Assembly (NCBI GenBank): GCA_025998875.1
Contig: AP024675.1
Coordinates: forward strand, 821,589-885,588
From: Bacteroidota bacterium
GTDB taxonomy: Bacteria; Bacteroidota; Rhodothermia; JANXDC01
Direction of reading: 5' to 3'
Length of the DNA: 64,000 bases
Positions 1-8,938 of this stretch are shown here, piece by piece. Under the pieces are notes generated by a model that saw only the letters and a program-made list of their open reading frames with translations, had not been told where the DNA came from and ran no database searches. Numbering within the stretch: position 1 is the stretch's first letter; each line of letters begins with the position of its first letter. The position numbers and the translations under genes are program-made.

Positions 1-1
1 C

Positions 2-292
2 GCCAATCCGGATCAGGAGCTGGCCCGCCGGCTCATCGAAGAAGCCCTGCACCGGGCCGGACGCATCGTCTGGAACGGCTTTCCCACCGGTGTGGAGGTC
101 GGATACAGCACCGTGCACGGGGGCCCGTTCCCAGCCACCACGGACAGCCGCTTCACTTCTGTGGGCGCCCGGGCCATCGAGCGCTTCCTGCGCCCCGTGG
201 CCCTGCAGAACGTGCCCACCGAACTTTTACCCGCCGCCCTGACGGAGCAGAGGGGTCCGCACCTTCTGGATGGGAAATGGCAGCCATGTTGA
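2..292 (+). CDS. aldehyde dehydrogenase family protein, C-terminal fragment (5' end lies outside window)
   Basis: Reading frame is open from the window start with no upstream stop. C-terminal sequence [28 protein letters not shown] resembles NAD(P)-dependent aldehyde / 2,5-dioxovalerate dehydrogenase C-termini. Confidence 0.65.
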   Translation, partial: ANPDQELARRLIEEALHRAGRIVWNGFPTGVEVGYSTVHGGPFPATTDSRFTSVGARAIERFLRPVALQNVPTELLPAALTEQRGPHLLDGKWQPC

Positions 293-293
293 A

Positions 294-327
294 CAAAAAA
301 GCCGCTCTTATCGGAGCGGCTTTCCCC
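294..327 (-). terminator. intrinsic terminator downstream of tRNA-Arg (hairpin GCCGCTC-N6-GAGCGGC followed by T-run on minus strand)
   Basis: Perfect 7-bp stem at 301-307 and 314-320. On the minus strand it is followed by TTTTTT (complement of A295-A300) and sits immediately 3' of the tRNA. It may also act weakly on the converging plus-strand gene. Confidence 0.6.
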
Positions 328-328
328 G

Positions 329-402
329 CGCGCCCGGGAGGACTCGAACCTCCAACCTTCTGATCCGTAGTCAGATGCTCTATCCAATTGAGCTACGGGC
401 GC
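329..402 (-). tRNA. tRNA-Arg (anticodon ACG)
   Basis: Reverse complement folds as a cloverleaf. Acceptor is GCGCCCG/CGGGCGC. D-arm is GCTC..GAGC. Anticodon stem is TCTGA/TCAGA with loop CTACGGA, giving anticodon ACG. T-arm is GGAGG-TTCGAGT-CCTCC. Discriminator is G. CCA is not encoded. Confidence 0.9.
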
Positions 403-415
403 ACTGCGCGCCGCA

Positions 416-445
416 AAAATAGCCCCTCGCCTCAGCCCCTGTCAA
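416..445 (-). promoter_or_regulatory. putative sigma70-like promoter for tRNA-Arg (TTGACA-N18-TATTTT on minus strand)
   Basis: Minus-strand TTGACA is the complement of 440-445. TATTTT is the complement of 416-421. The tRNA 5' end lies about 13 nt downstream. Called by eye from consensus only. Confidence 0.35.
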
Positions 446-502
446 GCCGCCCCTAGCTCTTGACAGAACCAACCGCCGTGTGCCTTCTTCCCAACAACCG
501 GA

Positions 503-3136
503 GTGGAAGCAGACCAGCTTCCCCGGAAATCCGCCATGCTGGGCATCTACCTCTCGACCCTTGAAGGGCGCCTGCTTCAGGCCAGTCCGGAATTTGTGCG
601 CCTGCTCGGATACGAGCGCTTCGAGGAACTTGCCGAAATCCCGCTGGAAACCCTGTATGCGGACCCGCAGGAACGGGCCCATCTGATAGCGCAGCTGCGT
701 ATGCAGGGCCGGATCGAGGCCCGGCCCGTGGTCCTGCGTCTTCGAGATGGGAGCACACGGACGTTCTGGGTTTCGGCCCTTTTTGATCCGGAGCATGGCC
801 TTATCGCCGGAAGCCTGTTTGACAGTTCCCCATTTGCCCGACGATACGAGGCCCTGGTGCGCAGCATTCGGGGCATTGTCTGGGAGCTGGAGTTGCCCGA
901 ATGGCGCTGGACGTATGTGAGCCCCTACGTAGAAGAGGTTCTGGGCTACCGGCCCGAAGCATTTCTGGAGGATCCGAACTTCTGGGCATCCCACATTCAC
1001 CCCGAAGACCGTGAGGAAGCTGTCCGCTTCTGCCGCCGCATGACGGAGGCGGGTCAGGATCACGAATTCACCTACCGCATGATCGCCTCCGACGGCCGCA
1101 TCGTCTGGATACAGGACCGCGTGACGGTGGTGTGGGATCAAGATCGGATCGTGGGCCTGAGGGGCATTATGACGGATATAACCCTCCTGCAGGAAAGCGA
1201 GATGCGCTTCCGGGCTCTGGTCGAAAACTCCCCGGAGGCGATCGCCGTCCATCAGGATGGACAGTTGGTCTACGTGAACCCGGAAGGCCTTCGGGTTATG
1301 GGCGCCCGGAACCCGGAGGAGCTCCTCGGCCGTCCGGTGCTGGACTTCGTTCATCCCGACTACCGGGATCAGGTCATCGGTCGCATCCGGCAGATGCTCA
1401 CAACCGGGGTGCCCGCCCCACCGGCCGAAGAAATGTTGCTGCGGACCGATGGCTCTGCTTTCGAGGCGGAGATACGGGCTGTTCCCATCCTCTGGGGCGG
1501 CCGACCGGCCATACAGGTCATCGTCCGGGATATCTCGGAACGCAAACGGCTGGAGCGCGCGCTGGCTGAGCGGCAGGCGCTTCTGGAGCGCATCCTCGAG
1601 CAAGCTCCGGACCCCATCAGCATAGGCATACTGGAGCCCCGCCCCCAGCTGGTCTACGTCAACCCCGCCTTTGAGGCGCTTACGGGCTACTCGGCCGAAG
1701 AGCTGTGCCGGCCGCACTTCGATATACAACGGATCGTCGACCCCCTGTACCACCCCATCCTGGAGGAGCGCTTCCGCCGGGCGCAGCTGGGTCTGCCCGT
1801 GCCGAGTCGCTATGAACTGCGCCTGCGATCCCGGGAGGGCCGCTATTATGATGTGGAAGTTTCCGTGCGCCCGATTACGTGGGCAGGACAGAAGGCAACA
1901 CTGAACATACTGCGCGACATCACCGAACGCAAGGCGCTGGAAGAGGCCTGGGAGCGCGCCCGCCGAGAGGCCGAGGAGGCCTCGCGCATGAAGACGCACT
2001 TTCTGGCCGCGATGAGCCATGAAATCCGCACCCCCCTTACCGCGATCCTGGGCTTTGCCGAAATCCTGCACGAATCCCTGGACAGCCAGGAACAGAAAGA
2101 GCTACTCGAATTCGTCGAAAAAATCCAGGCCGGTGGCCATCGGCTCATGCGTCTGCTTTCTAACCTCATCGATTTGGCCGCTCTGGAGGCCAACCGGCTC
2201 CCCATAGAACCCCACCCGCTCAGACTCGATATCCTGCTTAAAGCGTTGATCGAGTTCTTCCTGCCCGAGGCCACCGCGCGGGGTCTGGCGCTGGAAGGGG
2301 ATTTTCCTCCGGAACCCGTCGTGGTGATAGCCGATGAACTGCGGCTCCGGCAGGCGCTGGAAAATTTTCTGCGCAACGCGATCAAGTACACCGATCAGGG
2401 GACAATCCGCCTGGGCCTGGAAGTACTCCCGGAGGCCAACCGGGCACGCGTGACGATCTCCGACACAGGTCGGGGCATGAGCCCGGAGTTTCTCCGGCAA
2501 TCTTTGTTCGAGCCTTTCCGGCAGGAATCCGAGGGAATAGCCCGCGCCTATGAGGGCGGGGGCCTGGAAATGGCCATCGCGCGTCGGCTTCTGGACCGCA
2601 TGGGGGGCGCTGTTGAGGTGCAATCCGCCCCTGGAGCAGGCACTACCGTTACCATCGAACTGCCCCTGCCCACACCCCCCTCTTCGCAGAGCGGCCCCAC
2701 CCCGATCGAAAAGTTGCGCGCCCTTGCGCCCCGATTGCTCATCGTTGAAGATATTCCCGAAAACGCCGAGCTGCTGCGAGCCTACCTGCGCGGAGTGGCC
2801 CGGGTCAGCGTGGCTCCCGATGCGCAGACCGCCCTCCATATGGCCACCGAAGCGGCTCGGCATAACGATCCCTTTTCCGCCTTCCTCATCGACCTGCACC
2901 TGCCGGGAGGCAAAAGCGGCATTGAACTGCTCGCAGAACTCCGCCAGCTCCACCCCTATACCCACCGGCCTATGATCGCCCAGACCGCCTACGCAGACCG
3001 AAAGGAAGATGAGGCATATCTTTTGCAGCAGGGTTTCGATGCGGTGTTGAGCAAACCGATTCGGCGCCCGGATCTGATCGAGGTGTTGGTGCAGTTGCTC
3101 TCTGGCCCTGCATCGGAAGGAAAAGCCCGAACATGA
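503..3136 (+). CDS. multi-PAS hybrid sensor histidine kinase with C-terminal receiver domain
   Basis: 877-aa ORF with repeated PAS-like blocks. H-box HFLAAMSHEIRTPL; HATPase G-boxes DTGRGM and GGGLEMAIARRL; C-terminal REC with LLIVEDIP and FLIDLHLPGG. The listed start is GTG at 503; ATG at 536 is an alternative. The antisense 563-aa ORF at 380-2071 is judged a shadow ORF. Confidence 0.85.
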   Translation: MEADQLPRKSAMLGIYLSTLEGRLLQASPEFVRLLGYERFEELAEIPLETLYADPQERAHLIAQLRMQGRIEARPVVLRLRDGSTRTFWVSALFDPEHGLIAGSLFDSSPFARRYEALVRSIRGIVWELELPEWRWTYVSPYVEEVLGYRPEAFLEDPNFWASHIHPEDREEAVRFCRRMTEAGQDHEFTYRMIASDGRIVWIQDRVTVVWDQDRIVGLRGIMTDITLLQESEMRFRALVENSPEAIAVHQDGQLVYVNPEGLRVMGARNPEELLGRPVLDFVHPDYRDQVIGRIRQMLTTGVPAPPAEEMLLRTDGSAFEAEIRAVPILWGGRPAIQVIVRDISERKRLERALAERQALLERILEQAPDPISIGILEPRPQLVYVNPAFEALTGYSAEELCRPHFDIQRIVDPLYHPILEERFRRAQLGLPVPSRYELRLRSREGRYYDVEVSVRPITWAGQKATLNILRDITERKALEEAWERARREAEEASRMKTHFLAAMSHEIRTPLTAILGFAEILHESLDSQEQKELLEFVEKIQAGGHRLMRLLSNLIDLAALEANRLPIEPHPLRLDILLKALIEFFLPEATARGLALEGDFPPEPVVVIADELRLRQALENFLRNAIKYTDQGTIRLGLEVLPEANRARVTISDTGRGMSPEFLRQSLFEPFRQESEGIARAYEGGGLEMAIARRLLDRMGGAVEVQSAPGAGTTVTIELPLPTPPSSQSGPTPIEKLRALAPRLLIVEDIPENAELLRAYLRGVARVSVAPDAQTALHMATEAARHNDPFSAFLIDLHLPGGKSGIELLAELRQLHPYTHRPMIAQTAYADRKEDEAYLLQQGFDAVLSKPIRRPDLIEVLVQLLSGPASEGKART

Positions 3137-6100
3137 GGAAGAAGAGGGAGGCGGACTTTTTCTCCCATCTCTTTGAGGCCATTCCCGAGCCCACGATTGT
3201 GGCCGAGGCGCATACCGGACGCCTCGTCGCGCTCAACACGGCGGCCGAGCGACTCCTCCGGCGACCCCGCCAGAGCCTGATCGGCCAGCCGCAGAGCGTT
3301 CTGCATCCTCCCGAGCTGAAAGAAGAAATCCGGGAAAGCTTTTCCCTGTCCGCATCCCGCAGGAGCGACACCGCCCACGGGGTGTTTGTACAGGATGGAG
3401 AGGGCCAGTGGATCCCGGTGCACATTCAGAGCCAGACGTTCTCGTTTCAGGGGAAGACCTATATCATCGGCCTGTTTCGGGATCTGCGGGGAAGCCCGGA
3501 AGAGGAAGTTGCGCTCTACCGGGAGATGCTGGAGGCGAGCCTGTCGGCCACGTATCTGATGCAGGATTTCCGATTCGTCTACGCCAACCCCCGGCTGGCC
3601 ACCCTGGTGGGCCGGACGCTTCCGGAGCTGCTGGCCATCTCCCCGCTGGAACTCATCTACGAACCCGACCGGGAGCAGGTGGTTTCGAACCTGGAGGCGC
3701 TGCTTCGCGGAGAAAAAAACCAGCTTGAACACCTCTACCGGCTCCGGCACCGGGATGGAACCCTCGTCCATGTGGCCTGCACAAGCCGGCTTATTGTCTA
3801 TCAGGGCAGACCAGCCGTTCTGGGCACGGCCGTGGAAATATCCGGCCTGATCCAGGCCCAAGAAGCCTATCAGCACAGCGAGGCTCGATACCAGCGCTTG
3901 TTTGAGGAAAGCCCGGTGGCGCTGTATCGCAGCACCCCGGAAGGTCGGTTCTTGGCCGTAAACCGGGCTTTTGCCCGGCTGTTCGGGTACGCTACGCCCG
4001 AAGAGGTGACGGGGATCAACGCCGAGGCCCTGTATCTGAAGCCGCAAGAGCGCAGACGCTTTCTGGAGGCACTTACCCGCGAGGGCATCTTGCGCAACCA
4101 TGTGGCCGCCTACCGGCACCGGAGCGGGCGTATCCTGCACACGATCGAAAACGCCATCCTGGTCACTGAGCCCGATGGTACGCAGGTGATTGAGGGGGCG
4201 ATTGTTGATCTGAGTAACGAGTTCGAGCTCAAGCGCCGCTTCGAAAGCCTGCACGCGCATACCCAGGACGCCATCTTCTGGATTCGCGTCTTGCCGGATG
4301 GTCGCTTCATGGTCGAGTCCACCAATCCGGCACACCAGCAAAAGACCGGGCTCACCCCGGAGATGCTCTGGAACCGACCCCTCGAGGAGGTACTGCCACC
4401 GGAAATCGTCGAGCACGTAAGTCGGAATTACCGATCCTGTCTACAGGCGGGCGGACCGATCGAATACGAGGAGGTACTCAGCCTCCCCGCCGGCCAGCGC
4501 ACCTGGTTGACCCAGCTTGTGCCCCTGCCGGATGCGGAGGGAAAAGTGGACCTGATTGCGGGCATTGCACGGGATATCACCCAGATTCGCATCCAAGAAC
4601 GGCTCCAGCAACGGGAAAATGCCTTTTTTGAAGGTCTGATCCGGGAAGAAAAGCCCCTCTCCGCCCTGCTCGAAGGGCTCTGTCTGGCCATTGAAGAGGC
4701 TATCCCGGGTAGTCGGGCCTCGATCCTGCTTCTGGAGGGGGATCGGCTTCGCCATGGGGCGGCGCCCCATCTTCCGGAAGCCTACAATGCCTTGATAGAT
4801 GGCCTTCCCATCGGGCCCCGGGTGGGATCATGTGGAACGGCCGCCTACACGGGCCAGCCCGTATGGGTGGCCGATACAGCGCAAGATCCTCGCTGGGAGG
4901 CGTATCGAGATCTCGCCCGGCAATACCATCTGCGCGCCTGCTGGTCGGTGCCCTTTAAGAATGCTTCGGGTCGGGTGCTCGGCACCTTCGCCGTATACTT
5001 TGATCACATTCGGGGCCCTCAGCCGAGGGAAAAAGAGGTGCTCAAACGCCTGGCCTATCTGGCCGGGCTGGCCCTCGAATATCATACCATCCAGCGGGAT
5101 CGGGAACGCCTGGCGCGCGCCCTCCAGCAGGTCACGCAGGGCGTCGTCATCACGGATGTTCAGCGGAAAATTATATGGGTAAATGAGGCTTGGGAACGCA
5201 CAACGGGATACACCCTGGTCGAAGCGCAGGGCAAAAAGCCCGGCGCGCTCCTTCAGGGACGGGATACGAATCCGGACACCATCGAGCGCCTGCGGGCTGC
5301 TCTCAACGCCCTGGAGCCAGTGGATGTGCGGATCTACAATTACCGCAAGGACAAGACGGGCTACTGGGCGCATGTACATATCGATCCGCTTTACGACGCT
5401 TCCGGTCGGCATGTGGGCTATATCGGCCTGCATGAAGACGTCACCGCTCTGGTCGAGGCCGAACGGGCTCTGGAGCGGGCCAGGGATGCGGCCGAGGAGG
5501 CGAACCGGCTCAAATCCACCTTTCTGGCCAACATGAGCCATGAGATCCGCACCCCGCTCAACGGCATCCTGGGGTTTGCCGATCTGCTGGCCGATGAGCT
5601 CGCCGAGCGGGGTCTGCAGGAACTGATGGATCATGTAGAGACAATCCGCAGCTCCGGAGAGCGGCTCCTGCGCCTGCTCAACGACCTGCTGGATCTATCC
5701 CGCATCGAGGCGGGGCGAATCGAACTGCGCATGCAACGGGTCTGGCTCGGAGAGTTGGCCCAGCAGGTAGTGCGCCTGTTGTCTCCCATGGCCCAGAAAA
5801 AAGGACTCAAACTCGAGCTGCATGCGACCGAGCACTTCCCCGTGGAGGCAGATCCGGACCGCCTCCATCAGGTGCTGGTCAATCTGCTCTCGAATGCGAT
5901 CAAGTTCACCGATGCGGGCTCGGTCACGGTTGAGGTGGGAACACGCCGGCAAGAGGGCCGATTGTGGACCTGCGTGCGGGTGGTGGATACGGGAAGGGGC
6001 ATCGCTCCGGAATTTCTCCCCCATCTTTTCGAGCCCTTCCGTCAGGAATCGAGCGGATACCGCCGCACGCACGAAGGAGCCGGTCTGGGTCTGGCCATCA

Positions 6101-6675
6101 CGAAACGGCTGGTTGAGCTCATGCAGGGCCGGATTTGTGTGCAGTCCGAGAAGGGGCGTGGAAGCACCTTCGAAGTCCTCTTTCCCGCGCTGGAGGTGGA
6201 GGGATTGGGATCAGCTGTGAGCTCGAAGCGGGCCCATCCCCGCCATATACTCTACCTCCGGAGCCTCCGTCCCCGGGTGCTGCTCATTGAAGATCATCCG
6301 GAGAGCGCCTCCTGGTTGCAGATAACGCTCAAGCCCATAGCTGAGGAGGTGGCCGTGGCCCCGGATGGCTCCGACGCCCTGCGGCTTATCACCGAGAGCG
6401 AAAAGCCCTTTGATGTCATCCTGCTGGACGTGCATCTGCCCCCGCCCTGGGATGGCTTTGGCCTGTTGGAGGAGATCCGATCCCGATATCCGGCATACAG
6501 GGAGGTGCCCGTTGTGGTCGAAAGCGCCTACGTGGATGGGGAGGTTCGTCGGCGCGCCGAGGAGCTGGGTGTAGCGGGTTTTTTGAGCAAGCCGCTGGAG
6601 AAGTATCAGCTTATGCAGGTCCTGGCGGAGGCGCTGGGCTTTCGGGAGCACGACCCGGATTTGTCTCGAGCTTAA
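3133..6675 (+). CDS. multi-PAS/GAF hybrid sensor histidine kinase with C-terminal receiver domain
   Basis: 1180-aa ORF whose start overlaps the upstream kinase stop (ATGA). Several PAS blocks and a GAF-like region (about aa 500-650). H-box FLANMSHEIRTPLNGILGFADLL; HATPase VDTGRGI and GAGLGLAITKRL; REC with VLLIEDHPES and ILLDVHLPPPWDG. Confidence 0.85.
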   Translation: MRKKREADFFSHLFEAIPEPTIVAEAHTGRLVALNTAAERLLRRPRQSLIGQPQSVLHPPELKEEIRESFSLSASRRSDTAHGVFVQDGEGQWIPVHIQSQTFSFQGKTYIIGLFRDLRGSPEEEVALYREMLEASLSATYLMQDFRFVYANPRLATLVGRTLPELLAISPLELIYEPDREQVVSNLEALLRGEKNQLEHLYRLRHRDGTLVHVACTSRLIVYQGRPAVLGTAVEISGLIQAQEAYQHSEARYQRLFEESPVALYRSTPEGRFLAVNRAFARLFGYATPEEVTGINAEALYLKPQERRRFLEALTREGILRNHVAAYRHRSGRILHTIENAILVTEPDGTQVIEGAIVDLSNEFELKRRFESLHAHTQDAIFWIRVLPDGRFMVESTNPAHQQKTGLTPEMLWNRPLEEVLPPEIVEHVSRNYRSCLQAGGPIEYEEVLSLPAGQRTWLTQLVPLPDAEGKVDLIAGIARDITQIRIQERLQQRENAFFEGLIREEKPLSALLEGLCLAIEEAIPGSRASILLLEGDRLRHGAAPHLPEAYNALIDGLPIGPRVGSCGTAAYTGQPVWVADTAQDPRWEAYRDLARQYHLRACWSVPFKNASGRVLGTFAVYFDHIRGPQPREKEVLKRLAYLAGLALEYHTIQRDRERLARALQQVTQGVVITDVQRKIIWVNEAWERTTGYTLVEAQGKKPGALLQGRDTNPDTIERLRAALNALEPVDVRIYNYRKDKTGYWAHVHIDPLYDASGRHVGYIGLHEDVTALVEAERALERARDAAEEANRLKSTFLANMSHEIRTPLNGILGFADLLADELAERGLQELMDHVETIRSSGERLLRLLNDLLDLSRIEAGRIELRMQRVWLGELAQQVVRLLSPMAQKKGLKLELHATEHFPVEADPDRLHQVLVNLLSNAIKFTDAGSVTVEVGTRRQEGRLWTCVRVVDTGRGIAPEFLPHLFEPFRQESSGYRRTHEGAGLGLAITKRLVELMQGRICVQSEKGRGSTFEVLFPALEVEGLGSAVSSKRAHPRHILYLRSLRPRVLLIEDHPESASWLQITLKPIAEEVAVAPDGSDALRLITESEKPFDVILLDVHLPPPWDGFGLLEEIRSRYPAYREVPVVVESAYVDGEVRRRAEELGVAGFLSKPLEKYQLMQVLAEALGFREHDPDLSRA

Positions 6676-8273
6676 TAGGCCAGCTCCCAGATCACTCCCC
6701 AGCGCAATTGTCGAGACTCCAGGGGCCGATAGGCGGTTGGAATCGGGGGCGCACCCGGGAGGAGTCCCTCTATAACGTTGTCGAGCGCCACAAAGGGCCA
6801 GGCCCGTTTATATCGGGCAAAGAGCCGCGCGTTTGCCCACAGACCGGGCGGCGTGCGGGGGCCAGAGGAGAGGGTGCGCGTCAGCGTGGAAAGGGGAAGC
6901 GATATGCGCACCCCCGGGCTTTGAAACAGCAGTACGCCCTCCAGGCGGAAACCCCATTCCCCTCGGGTGAAATCCCGCCCGACCCGGAGGTGTGCCTGTA
7001 GCAGGGGCAACTCCCGAGGTGCCCCGATGCGGTCTTCCAGTAAGGCCTGTAACCTCAAGGTCCATGGCCCCAAACAGGCGCTGACATCCAGCTCGAAGCC
7101 CGCCTCCAGCCAGCGACTCTGGCCCGTGTAGCTCAGGAAAGGTGCCAGCTGGAGGCCGGATGTCCTGTAGCGCACCCCGGCATGCAGGATCAGGGCACCG
7201 CGATGGCGGTTCCGGGCGAAACGCTCCCACCACGAAGGCCCTATCCATCCGGCCAGCGCCTGCAGAGAAAGCCCGTCCCGATAAACGCCCAGACCGGCCA
7301 CAGATACTCCCCCTACACCCGGCTCCCATTGCAGGCGCACGCCGCCCCACAGTCCTTTCCGCAGCGTATCGAGCGCCATAAGCTCCAATGCGGGCGCCTG
7401 CCGGAGTCCGCTCCAGGCCGGATCCCGGGCGCGCTGCAGGCGGACCGTCCCCTCAAGCTCACCGTGCTTGCGGAGGAAACGAGCCCGCAGGGCCCAGCTC
7501 GAGACCCGTCGTTCGGAAAGCGTATCGAAGCCGTAGGCATAGCGTTGGTGCGCGAGGGAAAAGAAGGTTCCCGCTCGGCGGCCCTGGATCTGCCAGGCCT
7601 GCCATCGGAGATGCCACAGCCTGCCCTCCGGCGCCACCCATACGGGGTCGCGCATGAACTCCTCCCAGCGCGGGGGATACTCCAGGAGCAGGCCTTCGTT
7701 GGAGCGTCCCAGCCGGGAATCGGACAGATAGCGCAACTCCCAGCGCCAATCCCCCGCTTCGGCAGCGAGGGCGCCCTCGAGCGTGCGCGATCGAGCCGTT
7801 TGCCCGGGCCACCGACTTGGCTCGCTGCCGAGCCCGTAGCGAAAAAAAATCCGAGAGGGGCCGTATAACCGCTGCTCGTGAACGGCCTGCAGCGCTTCTC
7901 CTCCGCCCAAGCGCTGCTGATAAAGCAGCGTGGTCAACGGTTCCGGCACGGGAGCTCGATCCCCCCATTGATACCCGAAAACAGGGTGCGCCCTGAGCAG
8001 GGGAGCATCCGGGGGAATCAGTTCGGGAAGGGGCTCGCGGGTGAGGGGATCCTCCAGGGAGAAGGAGCGATACCGCAGCGGACGCAGGCCCGGGGGCAGG
8101 CCCTGATCATAGAAAAGCCGCCACCCCGGAGCGAGGGGACGAACCATGAAGGGGCGCACGTAGGCCAGCGCTCCCCGGTCCGCATACGGATCGAGTCCGA
8201 AGCGCTCCCTTCCGTTTAGGGAATCCCCGCCCTGCACAGAGAGCAGCAGGCCAATGAGCAACGCGCCGATCAC
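6672..8273 (-). CDS. hypothetical secreted / outer-membrane protein
   Basis: 533-aa ORF with N-terminal signal-like MIGALLIGLLLSVQG and an aromatic C-terminus (…WELAY). No family recognised. Last gene of the long minus-strand operon. Confidence 0.55.
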   Translation of the reverse strand: MIGALLIGLLLSVQGGDSLNGRERFGLDPYADRGALAYVRPFMVRPLAPGWRLFYDQGLPPGLRPLRYRSFSLEDPLTREPLPELIPPDAPLLRAHPVFGYQWGDRAPVPEPLTTLLYQQRLGGGEALQAVHEQRLYGPSRIFFRYGLGSEPSRWPGQTARSRTLEGALAAEAGDWRWELRYLSDSRLGRSNEGLLLEYPPRWEEFMRDPVWVAPEGRLWHLRWQAWQIQGRRAGTFFSLAHQRYAYGFDTLSERRVSSWALRARFLRKHGELEGTVRLQRARDPAWSGLRQAPALELMALDTLRKGLWGGVRLQWEPGVGGVSVAGLGVYRDGLSLQALAGWIGPSWWERFARNRHRGALILHAGVRYRTSGLQLAPFLSYTGQSRWLEAGFELDVSACLGPWTLRLQALLEDRIGAPRELPLLQAHLRVGRDFTRGEWGFRLEGVLLFQSPGVRISLPLSTLTRTLSSGPRTPPGLWANARLFARYKRAWPFVALDNVIEGLLPGAPPIPTAYRPLESRQLRWGVIWELAY

Positions 8274-8938
8274 GTCCGCCTCGGGATCTGCACGAGGGGA
8301 AAAAGCCCAAAGAGGTGGCGTTCGATGGTCCCCAGGATCTGCTGACGATGCTCGGGGTTGTGCACGAAATCGAGCTCATCCGTATCGAGGATGAGCCTCG
8401 GCCCCAGATCGTAGCGCGCGATCCATTCCTCATAGAGCCGATTGAGTCGGTCCAGGTACTCGATGCTGATGTTTGCCTCATATGGTCGGCCACGGCGCCG
8501 GATCTGGTCCACGAGCGTGCCCACCGAAGCGCGCAGGTAGATGAGCAAATCGGGCGGCCGCAGAAAGCGGATCATGAGCTGGTACAACTCCCTGTAGCTT
8601 CGGTAATCCCGCTCGCTCATAAGCCCCATTTCGAACAGGTTGCGGGCGAAGATCTCCGCATCTTCGTAGATCGTGCGATCCATCACGACCGCCTCGGGGC
8701 CCTGGGTGACCTGGTGGTGGTGCTGAAAGCGGTTGGAGAGGAAAAAGATCTGCAGGTGAAACGACCACCGACGCATGTCGGCATAGAAGTCCGGCAGATA
8801 GGGGTTATTGTCCACCACCTCGAAGAAGGCCTTCCAGCCAAAGTGTCGGCTCAGGATCTCGGTAAGAGAGGATTTGCCGGCCCCGATATTGCCGGCGATA
8901 CCGATGAACAGGCCGGTTCGTTTTCTACGAGCGGGCAT
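8270..8938 (-). CDS. deoxynucleoside kinase (dCK/dGK family)
   Basis: P-loop GIAGNIGAGKSSL. Matches the deoxyadenosine/deoxycytidine kinase family layout (DRTIYED, RxxxRGR). Overlaps the upstream gene by 14 nt and the downstream gene by 4 nt. Confidence 0.8.
   Translation of the reverse strand: MPARRKRTGLFIGIAGNIGAGKSSLTEILSRHFGWKAFFEVVDNNPYLPDFYADMRRWSFHLQIFFLSNRFQHHHQVTQGPEAVVMDRTIYEDAEIFARNLFEMGLMSERDYRSYRELYQLMIRFLRPPDLLIYLRASVGTLVDQIRRRGRPYEANISIEYLDRLNRLYEEWIARYDLGPRLILDTDELDFVHNPEHRQQILGTIERHLFGLFPLVQIPRRT

Noticed and set aside
380-2071. 563-aa minus-strand ORF covering the tRNA and most of the first histidine kinase gene
   Set aside because: Antisense to a well-supported PAS/HisKA/HATPase/REC reading frame. 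Its translation has no recognisable motifs. Long stop-free antisense frames are expected at ~65% GC. It also runs through the tRNA gene.
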